From positions 23-64,022 of the forward strand of contig WGNT01000054.1 of NCBI GenBank assembly GCA_016124425.1: 64,000 nt of DNA, given 5' to 3'. Of this stretch, positions 48,001 to 57,320 are shown piece by piece. The DNA is from Cytophagales bacterium. Lineage in GTDB: Bacteria > Bacteroidota > Bacteroidia > Cytophagales > Cyclobacteriaceae. Within the stretch, counting starts at the first letter, position 1; every line of letters begins with the position of its first letter. The notes under the pieces were generated by a model. That model worked only from the letters and a program-made list of their open reading frames with translations, ran no database searches and had not been told where the DNA came from. Position numbers and translations under genes: made by a program.

Positions 48001-48783
48001 ATGTTTACACGAATTGCAGGAAAACTCACTAACGCTTATAAAAACAGACTATGTGGAATTGCGCTCGTTCTACTAGGAACCTCGTGCGATACGACAACCA
48101 ATTTCTCGATTGACGAAAAAACGACCCATTCCTCTACCCCAACTATGCAACTTCCCTTTCGAACTGGCCCCATCTCCTACTTGGCACTAGGTGATTCGTA
48201 TACGATTGGGCAGGGAGTAGACCTTGCCCAAAGTTATCCTCATCAGCTAGCTGAAAAACTAAATAAAAGAGACATCGAGATCGACCAACCTGTAATCATT
48301 GCGGTAACAGGATGGACTACCCAAGATTTACTTCAGGGCATCAAACGCGCCGAACTTAACGGGCGAACCTTTGATTTAGTTACCTTGCTGATAGGTGTAA
48401 ATAACCAATATCGATGCCTGCCCCAGTCGGAATACGAAAAAGATTTCGAACTGCTGCTGGCAGAATCGGTAACCCTTACAGGCGGCGAAAAAGACCGCAT
48501 CGTTGTCCTTTCAATACCGGACTGGGGAGTCACTCCCTACGCGGAACAACTGGCAAGGGATAAAGCAACTATTGCTGAAGAAATTGACCGCTTCAACGCT
48601 ATCAATAAGAAACTTTCAGAAACTCATGGTATCAGGTACCTGGAAATAACGGAGGAATATAGGTCCTTAGGCCATATGGAGCGTTACTTAGCCGTAGATG
48701 GATTGCATCCAAGCGCAAACGTATACGACAGGTGGGCGGAATTACTCACAGAGATAATCGTAAACGAAAAAAACATCAGGTAG
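48001..48783 (+). CDS. SGNH/GDSL hydrolase lipoprotein
   Basis: LALGDSYT, TGWTT, LIGVNNQY and DGLHPS motifs; lipobox GTSC. Confidence 0.92.
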   Translation: MFTRIAGKLTNAYKNRLCGIALVLLGTSCDTTTNFSIDEKTTHSSTPTMQLPFRTGPISYLALGDSYTIGQGVDLAQSYPHQLAEKLNKRDIEIDQPVIIAVTGWTTQDLLQGIKRAELNGRTFDLVTLLIGVNNQYRCLPQSEYEKDFELLLAESVTLTGGEKDRIVVLSIPDWGVTPYAEQLARDKATIAEEIDRFNAINKKLSETHGIRYLEITEEYRSLGHMERYLAVDGLHPSANVYDRWAELLTEIIVNEKNIR

Positions 48784-48811
48784 TCCCCGTCATAAGACTG
48801 GACTACCTGAT
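48775..48811. terminator. Hairpin between convergent genes, probable terminator
   Basis: 12-bp stem ATCAGGTAGTCC/GGACTACCTGAT overlapping the SGNH stop; A-rich flank on the left. Confidence 0.65.
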
Positions 48812-48815
48812 TTAA

Positions 48816-49217
48816 TTACTTAGCCCCTTTAGGCAGAACATTTGAAATCAGCGAAACTTTTTCGATGGGCTCCGAAGCGTTAGAGTAAATTCTCACAACA
48901 CTGTTTTGTTTCCCCATTTTACCTGCCGAATTAAAAGAAACTTTAATCTCACCTTTCTGTCCCGGCGCAATAGGTTCCTTAGGCCATGCCGGTACAGTAC
49001 ATCCACAGGTTGCGGCTACATTCGAAATTACAAGTGGAGTTTTGCCTTTGTTTTCGAACTTAAAAACGTGCTCGACCTTATCGCCTTGGGTAATATTACC
49101 GAAGTCTCTGGAAGATTCTTCAAATGCTATTATCGGACCATCTGCCGACTTTTCCTGAGCCTGCACAGTCACGCCGATAGCTAGAGCGAAAGCAACTAAA
49201 AGGATCAACTTTTTCAT
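48816..49217 (-). CDS. DUF1573 domain protein
   Basis: Signal peptide; DFG.I, F.F.N.G..PL.I..V...CGCT.P and PI.PG motifs. Confidence 0.93.
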   Translation of the reverse strand: MKKLILLVAFALAIGVTVQAQEKSADGPIIAFEESSRDFGNITQGDKVEHVFKFENKGKTPLVISNVAATCGCTVPAWPKEPIAPGQKGEIKVSFNSAGKMGKQNSVVRIYSNASEPIEKVSLISNVLPKGAK

Positions 49218-49241
49218 ATCGTTTTTAATTTTGGTTTCATT

Positions 49242-50657
49242 TTATTCAATCTCTTTAAGGAAAAATTTGGCATGAAAGTTCACCATATACAGTTCTTCTT
49301 TCGCGCGTGTCATCGCGGTATACAACCAACGGATGTATTGGGCATCCACTTGCTCTTCCGTGAGGTACCCTTGGTCTACGAAAACGGCATCCCACTGTCC
49401 ACCTTGTGACTTGTGACAGGTAAGTGCATAGGCGAATTTCACCTGCAAGGCATTCAAATAAGGATCTTTCTTTACAGATTCACGCTGTTCCTTTTTATCT
49501 GCTAAATCCATATAATCCGCACACACCTGTTTGTAAAGTGTCGTCCAGTCCTCCCCAGCCAACGCGGGCAAAGGGGTATAAAGCGTATCTAAGATAATTT
49601 TTGCTTCGAAATAGGGTTCCTCGGGATAGTCGATCAGCCGAAGTTCTACTGTCGCAAATCTTAAGTCATAGACGTCCTCAAATGAACGAATTTTTACTAT
49701 TTCTGCAAAGTCGCCATTGGCCAGAAAGCTGATTTTGGCGGAATCAGCCATGTAGGTATAGTTATTTTTAACAATCATTAACCGATCGCCGGCGGTTATT
49801 TCCTCTTCATAAAAATGTATGGTCCGCCGAATGTACTGATTATACTGAACAGCTGCCTTGTTTGACCGCGTGATGATAATGGTATTATCCACACCGAACT
49901 TATCATACGCATACCGCAGGCCATCTTCCAGACGGTCCCCGTTCATCTTAAAAAAATCCCGGAAACGCTTCGTGTAAAACCCTATGAGGGGCGATTTTTT
50001 CGTCAGTTCCTCCCTCAGCCTTGTGGCATTGAACAAAATACCAGAATCGAGCTGCTGCCGCATGACTTCGGTAAATTCCACTTCTTCTACTGTAAGACCA
50101 TAGGTTGAACTCAGGTAATTTTTGTCCAGGCCGGGACTACGTTCACTACCGACCGGAGGAAGCTGCGCACTATCTCCTATTAAGAGTAGCCGGTTGGTGG
50201 GATGCTCATATACGTAGGTAATTAGGTCCTTCAAAATCCGGCTTCCCGAGGAGCTTTCATCAGCAAGCATGGATGCTTCATCGACGATAAAAACCGTCTT
50301 TTGGTAGTAGTTTTTTTGCAAGTCAAATCCTTGGCTTCCCGCCTCGTTGCCTTCGCGTGGTCTATAGATAATTTTATGGATCGTAAACCCTGTCCTGTTG
50401 GCATATCCACTCATTACTTTGGCAGCCCTTCCCGTAGGAGCGAGCATCAGCGACCGGAAGTTGAGTTGGTTCAAAGCCTTAACCAGGGCAGACAAAACCG
50501 AGGTTTTCCCGGTACCTGCATATCCCCTAAGGATAAACGCGGACCGTTCCTGCGACTCCGAGGCCAAGAAGGCGTCCATCTTCCCGAAAAAAAACCGCTG
50601 ACCGTCAGTTGGTGTGTGGGGAAAAAATCTTTTAAGTATTTCGGAAGGCTTCTGCAC
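49242..50657 (-). CDS. RecD-like SF1 ATP-dependent DNA helicase; GTG start inferred
   Basis: GYAGTGKT, APTGRAAK, IVDEASM, GD..QLPPV, YA.TCHKSQGGQW and YTA.TRA motifs. Confidence 0.93.
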   Translation of the reverse strand: MQKPSEILKRFFPHTPTDGQRFFFGKMDAFLASESQERSAFILRGYAGTGKTSVLSALVKALNQLNFRSLMLAPTGRAAKVMSGYANRTGFTIHKIIYRPREGNEAGSQGFDLQKNYYQKTVFIVDEASMLADESSSGSRILKDLITYVYEHPTNRLLLIGDSAQLPPVGSERSPGLDKNYLSSTYGLTVEEVEFTEVMRQQLDSGILFNATRLREELTKKSPLIGFYTKRFRDFFKMNGDRLEDGLRYAYDKFGVDNTIIITRSNKAAVQYNQYIRRTIHFYEEEITAGDRLMIVKNNYTYMADSAKISFLANGDFAEIVKIRSFEDVYDLRFATVELRLIDYPEEPYFEAKIILDTLYTPLPALAGEDWTTLYKQVCADYMDLADKKEQRESVKKDPYLNALQVKFAYALTCHKSQGGQWDAVFVDQGYLTEEQVDAQYIRWLYTAMTRAKEELYMVNFHAKFFLKEIE

Positions 50658-50700
50658 GGTGTCCTTATATTTATGGAGGAATTGCGAATCTAAACGGAAA

Positions 50701-51192
50701 ATGCCTAACATAAAAAAAGAAATCGAAGAGAAGTTTGGGCGCCGTCTCCGAACCCGTGTCAACGGAATCCTGATAGAAGACCAAAAAATCCTGATGATCA
50801 ACCACTACATGGGAGAAGGAAAGTTTTTTTGGAATGTACCGGGAGGAGGCATGAAATACGGGAGCAGTGCTCCTGATAACCTCGCCCGTGAATTTCAGGA
50901 AGAAACCGGTCTTGAGGTTGCTGTCGGGGACTATTTATTTGTACATGAATTCTTACGTCCCCCGCTTCATGCAGTCGAATTGTTTTTTGAAGTAAAGAAA
51001 ATGGGAGGCAACCTACTAAAGGGCATTGATCCTGAACTTGACGCCGAACATCAAGTAATCGCTGATTTACGCTTTCTGAGCGTGGAAGAAATCCAGCAAA
51101 TCGACAACGAGGAAAAACATGCTGTGTTTTGGGGAATAAAATCCGTCAATGATGTAGGAATATGGAAAGGATATTTTAATTTTGGAAATTAA
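50701..51192 (+). CDS. NUDIX hydrolase
   Basis: W..PGGG...G......L.REF.EETGL Nudix box; ATG at 50701 avoids overlap with the helicase. Confidence 0.88.
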   Translation: MPNIKKEIEEKFGRRLRTRVNGILIEDQKILMINHYMGEGKFFWNVPGGGMKYGSSAPDNLAREFQEETGLEVAVGDYLFVHEFLRPPLHAVELFFEVKKMGGNLLKGIDPELDAEHQVIADLRFLSVEEIQQIDNEEKHAVFWGIKSVNDVGIWKGYFNFGN

Positions 51193-51264
51193 TGTATAAA
51201 CTAGCATTTCGAAAGAAACCACATAATCTTTATTTACCATAAACAGACATAAACATCGATTAAA

Positions 51265-51846
51265 ATGAATCTGACCAAAATTTTATCTATTGTATTTCTT
51301 CTAGGTGCCTTAGGCCTTGCTTACAGACTTTACTTAGGCGTTGATGAGGTAGTAGAAGAAGAAAAAAGACTAGCAAGAACTGAAGCCAGAATTATTGAAA
51401 AGCTCCAAATGCTACGGGATGCACAAATTGCTTACCGGGGAACGAAGGGCGAATACGCAAGCAATTGGCAGGACCTGAAAGAATTTATCGAAGACGGTTC
51501 GATATTTATTGTGCAACGAACTGAAACTACCAAATTGCTGGATTACGGCAAAGAAGAAACTACGGTTACCTTTGACACACTTGGGTCCGTAAACGTAATC
51601 GATTCCTTGTTCAACGAACGGAAATATCCTGATTTTAATTTGGAAACGCTTAACGTCGTTCCAGGCTCTGGCGGAAAGCAGTTTGAATACTTCACCGACA
51701 AAATCGAGCGTAGTGGCAGAGAGGTGTCCGTATTCGAAATCCGTGATCCGGCCCCTATAAATCCTGAACGAAGGAAGAACAACAACGAAAAAGCCCTACG
51801 GGTAGGTTCAAGAGTGGATACGTCCACTTCAGGAAACTGGGAATAA
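51265..51846 (+). CDS. Conserved hypothetical membrane-anchored protein
   Basis: N-terminal TM, L..LR.AQ.AY....G.YA..W..L..F and C-terminal VGS......GNWE. Confidence 0.8.
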   Translation: MNLTKILSIVFLLGALGLAYRLYLGVDEVVEEEKRLARTEARIIEKLQMLRDAQIAYRGTKGEYASNWQDLKEFIEDGSIFIVQRTETTKLLDYGKEETTVTFDTLGSVNVIDSLFNERKYPDFNLETLNVVPGSGGKQFEYFTDKIERSGREVSVFEIRDPAPINPERRKNNNEKALRVGSRVDTSTSGNWE

Positions 51847-51848
51847 CA

Positions 51849-52688
51849 TTGGGAAATCAAGGGAAATATATCCTTACAAATTATGACAGCGATAAATTGG
51901 ATACAGCAGACATATCCAGTTTATCGCTGTTCTTGTACAGCCGCGCGATAAGCGTGATGGCAAAAAACTCCACCCAGGAAATCATTGGCGTACACATGTA
52001 CAGCTTTGAAGACCAGCAACAACTTTTTGAAATAATTGATACCGACAGCCTAATCCAATCGGCAAATACCTATGGAAAGCTTTTTGTCCATAACAGGGAT
52101 TTTTGCCTGATCCCAAGCCAGCTGTTTGATCCCTCACATAAAGAAAAATACCTGTATTTCACAGCGGAAGTAGACACTGACTCTTCAGAGCTTTTCTACG
52201 AACCTGTACCGTCTTCTGAAATCCAAGTAATCGGAAGCTTGTCTGTTGACATAGTCACAAAACTTGAAGAACATTTACCGGATCTTGAAATCATACCCGG
52301 CGCCCTTTTCCCGCTTTCCTTTTTGTTTCGGCCAGGCAATGTTTTGGATGATCAGGAAATCTTCCTCTTCCCCATCCCGGATCATTATTACCTAGCTGCT
52401 TTTTCACTAGGAACCTTGATATTCTTCAATATTTTTCAGGCAGATGGTGATGAAGATGTGTTAAAATACACCCTTGCTGTCATACAACAACTTGGATTTG
52501 ATCAAGAAACCGTGAAACTGACTATTACAGGTGACCTGTCATATGTGCAGGCTGCGCCCCAAGTACTCTCACCCTATTTCTCCAATATCTCAAATGAGAT
52601 CCCGCAGCCAACAACAGCTTATGTTACGGAACAAGGCCCTGCCGATTTCAAATCTACCGGGTTGCTTGAAGCCTTTTGGACACTTTAA
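51849..52688 (+). CDS. DUF3822-like protein
   Basis: F.LIP..LFD, L.F.N.F and D.LKY.L....QLG motifs; operonic position. Confidence 0.75.
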   Translation: MGNQGKYILTNYDSDKLDTADISSLSLFLYSRAISVMAKNSTQEIIGVHMYSFEDQQQLFEIIDTDSLIQSANTYGKLFVHNRDFCLIPSQLFDPSHKEKYLYFTAEVDTDSSELFYEPVPSSEIQVIGSLSVDIVTKLEEHLPDLEIIPGALFPLSFLFRPGNVLDDQEIFLFPIPDHYYLAAFSLGTLIFFNIFQADGDEDVLKYTLAVIQQLGFDQETVKLTITGDLSYVQAAPQVLSPYFSNISNEIPQPTTAYVTEQGPADFKSTGLLEAFWTL

Positions 52689-52694
52689 CTTCCG

Positions 52695-53150
52695 ATGAAA
52701 AAAATCGCGCTCTTTCCGGGATCGTTTGATCCGTTTACAAAAGGACATCAAGATATCGTGCAGCGTGGATTAAACCTGTTTGACGAAATCATAATATCTA
52801 TAGGTCATAATACGACCAAGAAAACCCGCTACTTTGACATTGACCTTACGGTAAAGAAGATTCACGCGCTGTATAGCGAAAATGATCGGGTACGCGTTGT
52901 CCTATACAACGAACTCACATCTTCCCTCGCGAAAAAATATGGGGCAACCTTTCTGCTACGCGGGTTAAGGAATACCACTGATTTCGAGTACGAAAACACG
53001 ATCAGTCAAATGAATCGATACCTGAACGAAGAGTTAGAAACAGTGTTTCTGATTACCTCTCCCCAGTTTGCGGCAATCAGCTCCACAATCATTCGGGAGG
53101 TTCACCGCTACGGTGGAGATGTAAGCGAGTTTTTGCCTTACGATATCTGA
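52695..53150 (+). CDS. coaD: Pantetheine-phosphate adenylyltransferase
   Basis: FPGSFDPFTKGH, RGLR...DFEYE and ISST..RE motifs. Confidence 0.98.
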   Translation: MKKIALFPGSFDPFTKGHQDIVQRGLNLFDEIIISIGHNTTKKTRYFDIDLTVKKIHALYSENDRVRVVLYNELTSSLAKKYGATFLLRGLRNTTDFEYENTISQMNRYLNEELETVFLITSPQFAAISSTIIREVHRYGGDVSEFLPYDI

Positions 53151-53827
53151 AGTTTCTGCGGAGCCATCCTTAAGAAACGGGTATATAGGTACCTCATTGA
53201 TGGATAGGAATTGATCAGGGCAATTTTGGCCTCTTGGTGAGGCATCCACCTGATCTCCTCGATGCCCTCTTCAAGTTGGGGAGACATCGCCGTGTCTTGG
53301 ACGCACTCCATGGTAAACCAATAGGTTTTCTTCAGAATATTTTTCCTGTTTTGGGTATAGGTATGCCAAGTTTTGCAGATGGGTTCTTTTAACTTGACCT
53401 TTATTCCGCACTCTTCTTCCACTTCCCGGATCGCGCAGGCGGCCGGAGATTCCTTCCGCTCAAATTTCCCTTTGGGGAAATCCCACCTTCCAAGGCGGTA
53501 AATAAAAAGCACCTTGTCCTCCTTTGTCACTATACCCCCCGCAGCCTTGATAATGACAAACCTGCTTTTGATAAAGGCCTGAAGCTCCTTTTTGTTGGAT
53601 GAAACGAGGGTTACAGAATCCAAATGCTTAAGCTTGCGGGTTCTCAGGACATAGAGCAATTTAATGAGGATCTCCTTGGAAGGCTCCAAGATGAGCACGT
53701 CGTCGTAAAGACCTGTATAGGGAGGCAGTTCATTTGGGTTTTCGTAAATATGATCAAAACTTTTATTGGCCGAAAGTGCGGACGGAGCTAGCAGTTCGAC
53801 AGGTTTATCATTGATAAAAATCTTCAT
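53138..53827 (-). CDS. NUDIX hydrolase (Ap4A hydrolase-like) with N-terminal extension
   Basis: AAGG.V and WD.PKGK....E....CA.REV.EECG motifs. Confidence 0.9.
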   Translation of the reverse strand: MKIFINDKPVELLAPSALSANKSFDHIYENPNELPPYTGLYDDVLILEPSKEILIKLLYVLRTRKLKHLDSVTLVSSNKKELQAFIKSRFVIIKAAGGIVTKEDKVLFIYRLGRWDFPKGKFERKESPAACAIREVEEECGIKVKLKEPICKTWHTYTQNRKNILKKTYWFTMECVQDTAMSPQLEEGIEEIRWMPHQEAKIALINSYPSMRYLYTRFLRMAPQKLQIS

Positions 53828-53908
53828 AGCTGCATTGTTTTGTCAAAAATGCATTTTTTTTCTACCCGTCACAACCATCCTTACAAATTTATCCCATAAT
53901 TTTAACGT

Positions 53909-54553
53909 ATGGAAATTTTCAACCCCTCAACAGCTAAATTAGTAGCAAAAAAACTGCTGGAGATCGAAGCGATTAGGCTTTCACCGGCAAGTCCGTTTAC
54001 CTGGGCATCCGGATGGAAATCACCGATATACTGCGACAATAGGCTATCCCTCTCTTATCCCGATATTCGTACCTTAATTAAGGAAAGCCTGGTGAGTGTC
54101 ATACATACCAACTTTGTGTCCATAGAGGCCGTCGCCGGAGTAGCTACGGCGGGTATACCCCAAGGCGCGCTTATCGCGGATACGCTGGAACTTCCTTTTG
54201 TATACGTACGGTCTAAGGCAAAGGGGCATGGCATGGAAAATATGATAGAAGGCAGGCTGGTTCCAGGACAAAAAGTCGTTGTGGTAGAGGATTTGGTATC
54301 TACAGGTGGCAGTTCGCTCAAAGCTGTGGAGGACCTGCGAAATGGCGGAGTTGAAGTCCTTGGTATGGTAGCAATCTTTACCTATGGCTTCGAGATTGCC
54401 CGTCAAAATTTTGAACAGGCGGGTGTAAAGCTTATTTGCCTGAGCGACTACGGGCACCTTTTGGATCAGGCCCTGTCTGACAACCTCATTCCGGACGAAG
54501 CCCTTGTAACCCTTCAGAAATGGCGGGAAGATCCCAGTAGCTGGGGGAAATAA
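53909..54553 (+). CDS. pyrE: Orotate phosphoribosyltransferase
   Basis: FTWASG.KSPIYCDNR, YVR...K.HG and VVVEDL.STGGS motifs. Confidence 0.98.
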   Translation: MEIFNPSTAKLVAKKLLEIEAIRLSPASPFTWASGWKSPIYCDNRLSLSYPDIRTLIKESLVSVIHTNFVSIEAVAGVATAGIPQGALIADTLELPFVYVRSKAKGHGMENMIEGRLVPGQKVVVVEDLVSTGGSSLKAVEDLRNGGVEVLGMVAIFTYGFEIARQNFEQAGVKLICLSDYGHLLDQALSDNLIPDEALVTLQKWREDPSSWGK

Positions 54554-54571
54554 ACCGAAAAGCAAGTAACC

Positions 54572-55342
54572 TTAGTAATGCTCCACAATGCCAAGGCCGA
54601 AAAGTGCAAAGTCGTACTTCACCGGATCCTCAGGATCCAATAGACGTAGGTTTTGCGTAAGTTCAACTGCCGTTTGCCAGTCTGTCTGCTTCCGTTGAAT
54701 TAATCCAAGCCTTCTACCAACTCTGTCGACGTGTAAATCGCAGGGACAAATGAGTTGGTAAGGCTTTATGGTTTTCCAAATTCCGAAATCGACGCCATGT
54801 GCATCGTTTCTCACCATCCAGCGCAAGAACATGTTGATACGCTTGCAGGCCGACTTACGGACAGGTGTAGCGACATGCTTTCTCGTACGCAATGGCGCAT
54901 CCGGCAGCGAAAAAAACAGGTGGTGAAAATTCGCAAGTAATTTTTCCATACTATCCACCTGATCCGTCCATCCACGTGTAAAGGCTGCTTCTAGGCTTTC
55001 GTTGTGTCGGTAAAAAGTCCTGAAGAACTGAATGAAATACAGTGTATCAAGGTCATTGAACGTCCTGTGTTTGAATTTAAGCAGGGGCTTGAGGTCAGGT
55101 TCACTATGATGCAGGATAAAATCATACGGACTGTTATCCATCATTGCCATGAGTTCAAGGCACTTTTGCACGATGGTTTTTCGCTGTCCCCAAGCCAATG
55201 TGGCGGCAAAAAATCCCGCGATCTCAATATCCTGTAGCCGCGTAAACCGGTGGGGAATGGAGATCGGGTCCAAGGGAATAAATTCGGGACGGTTGTACAG
55301 CGAGACTTTTTCCTCCAAAAACTCCTTGATACCTGACTCCAT
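54572..55342 (-). CDS. TIGR02757 family (DUF2400) protein
   Basis: DPI.IPH, AWGQR, F.HRTFN, SACKR.NMFLRWMVR and DPVKYDFALFG motifs. Confidence 0.93.
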   Translation of the reverse strand: MESGIKEFLEEKVSLYNRPEFIPLDPISIPHRFTRLQDIEIAGFFAATLAWGQRKTIVQKCLELMAMMDNSPYDFILHHSEPDLKPLLKFKHRTFNDLDTLYFIQFFRTFYRHNESLEAAFTRGWTDQVDSMEKLLANFHHLFFSLPDAPLRTRKHVATPVRKSACKRINMFLRWMVRNDAHGVDFGIWKTIKPYQLICPCDLHVDRVGRRLGLIQRKQTDWQTAVELTQNLRLLDPEDPVKYDFALFGLGIVEHY

Positions 55343-55902
55343 TAAGCAAGGGACACCTTTACTTCTCCTCCCTGAATTCCGTCAAACCATTTAAAATAAA
55401 CAAAGTTATCTTCCTTTTCTGACAGGTGCCAGTCGAAACATTTAATGGTGGTAAGCTTTGTAAGCAAATCCTCATCCGGATTATAGAGACAAATGTCAAA
55501 ATCAGGAATTTCTTTAATATCGGTGGAATTCCACCTTTCCATAATCAATCCCTCCTTGATTACCTTAATCTTTTTTCCGAAAATATGTTCGTCCAGTATA
55601 GAAGGGATACCGTCTTTTCGACGAAACTGATAGCAATTCGGCCCGAAGAGTATCTGCTTGTGCAGTCGCCCTTCGATAAGTTCCGCATCCAAGGATATGG
55701 TCTCCCATCCCCCTTGTTCCCTGAATTCGGCAGTCCCAGTGGAGGGACTGATCTTCTTCAACATCCTTGAAATCCACGAAAAAAACATGGTAATACCCAC
55801 GAATACCAACCCAAAGGTTGCCAAAAAAGGATAGGAAAGGACAAAGATGGCATTCCACACAAACGTAAATACGTGATGGAAAAGGAGTTGAACTTTATTC
55901 AT
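55342..55902 (-). CDS. Hypothetical membrane-anchored protein
   Basis: N-terminal hydrophobic segment; TAATG coupling to the TIGR02757 gene. Confidence 0.7.
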   Translation of the reverse strand: MNKVQLLFHHVFTFVWNAIFVLSYPFLATFGLVFVGITMFFSWISRMLKKISPSTGTAEFREQGGWETISLDAELIEGRLHKQILFGPNCYQFRRKDGIPSILDEHIFGKKIKVIKEGLIMERWNSTDIKEIPDFDICLYNPDEDLLTKLTTIKCFDWHLSEKEDNFVYFKWFDGIQGGEVKVSLA

Positions 55903-56006
55903 GGTAAAATTACTGAATATCAAAATTAGTTGATAAACAGTGAATAACCAAACCAACTCCGCAATAATGCGTTAGAGGATTCCGGTAGTCAGCGACAGGT
56001 TTCCGA

Positions 56007-57185
56007 CTAGTAGGAGATTTCTACCGGAAACCTCGAATTTACAGCCTTCAGCTGATCGAAGGCGGCCTTGGAAACTTTTATCAGCAATTTGTTATTGTCG
56101 CCGGTGTTGGGTAAGGTACCTACCACCCTGGCAAAAATGGTGATATCATTGTTTTCATTCCTAACCCGCATAATAGTCCCTACCGGGGCATCCCTATGTA
56201 AAACCAAATATTTCTTATGGTTTCCAGTCCCCTCGATTACTTCCGCTTGACCGATTTCCTTGATGTTTTTAAAGGCAGTGGACCCTGATTCACTAGTTGA
56301 GGTGCCACTAACATTGGGGGCAGGCGCTGGTGCGGGTTCTGCATTTGAAGACCAATCCTTTTCAGGATCCGGGAGCACGGTGACCGGCACTGCGGCACCT
56401 GTCTCCCTCCCTACTTTCAAGGTCTGACCCGGTGACAAATTATTGGAAGAAAGGGCATTCCAGGTAATCAGGTCCTCCACCTTGGCGTCATATTGCCTGG
56501 CAATGGAGAAAAGCGTCTCGCCCGGCACAACCGTATGGGATTTCCAGCCGCCAATGGTAGATACCGAAGAAGAGGAAGAAGAAGGCGATTCATTCGAGTT
56601 CTCTGTGGGCTTTTTCGTTTTCGCTGGAGCTTCTTTAGAACTAGAATTATTTTTGTTAGACATGATCGCGGCAGGATTGACCCCGGCTACGGGTTCATTG
56701 GTAATGGCTACTTTCCTGTCTACTATAGCGACCGTTTCGTCTATTTTTTCAGCTGGTAGTAGTTGGTTTTGGATGATCAGTCCCTGCCCGACACTTAGAT
56801 CGTTTCCCTTCATTTTGTTCCATCCCATTAGATCAGGTACAGTAACCTTATACTTTTGGGCTATAGAAAAAAGGGTCTCGCCCTGAGCGACCTGATGAAG
56901 GATCGCTCCTTCGGGGAGGGCTTCCTTTTCTACATAAGGAACGCGTATTCGCTGACCTATTTTTAGTCCTTCCCTGAGGCTTTCGTTACTTTGAACGATC
57001 TCATTCACCGGAGTCGCATATCGCCTTGATATTCCAAACAAGGTTTCTTGGGGAGAAACTTCATGGATGATAAAGGTCTTATCTCCCACCCTTTCAATGC
57101 CTACGGAATCCGCATCAACCGACGGTTCGGCAAACGCTGCCATTGAAAAAACACAGAATACCAATATCAATAAATTATCCTTCAT
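56007..57185 (-). CDS. LysM-repeat peptidoglycan-binding protein with C-terminal DPBB/RlpA-like domain
   Basis: Three H.V..(G/Q)ETLF.I...Y LysM repeats, Ser/Pro-rich linkers and C-terminal LHR.AP.GT...V.N. Confidence 0.9.
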   Translation of the reverse strand: MKDNLLILVFCVFSMAAFAEPSVDADSVGIERVGDKTFIIHEVSPQETLFGISRRYATPVNEIVQSNESLREGLKIGQRIRVPYVEKEALPEGAILHQVAQGETLFSIAQKYKVTVPDLMGWNKMKGNDLSVGQGLIIQNQLLPAEKIDETVAIVDRKVAITNEPVAGVNPAAIMSNKNNSSSKEAPAKTKKPTENSNESPSSSSSSVSTIGGWKSHTVVPGETLFSIARQYDAKVEDLITWNALSSNNLSPGQTLKVGRETGAAVPVTVLPDPEKDWSSNAEPAPAPAPNVSGTSTSESGSTAFKNIKEIGQAEVIEGTGNHKKYLVLHRDAPVGTIMRVRNENNDITIFARVVGTLPNTGDNNKLLIKVSKAAFDQLKAVNSRFPVEISY

Positions 57186-57320
57186 TTTTCACTTTTTTTA
57201 CACCTTAACGTACGATGTTCGTGCAAATTTCAAATTTATTTTCTCAAATGCAACTTCGAGTTAAACCATTTGGGTGATTAAAACATTTTATCAGTATATT
57301 CAGCGATAAATGATTAATCC

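Noticed and set aside
49242-51192. Apparent long overlaps of helicase/NUDIX (also porX/HD protein and ppa/porin)
   Set aside because: Artefacts of longest-ORF start calling; downstream starts (50657/50701, 15026/15096, 5325) remove the overlaps.
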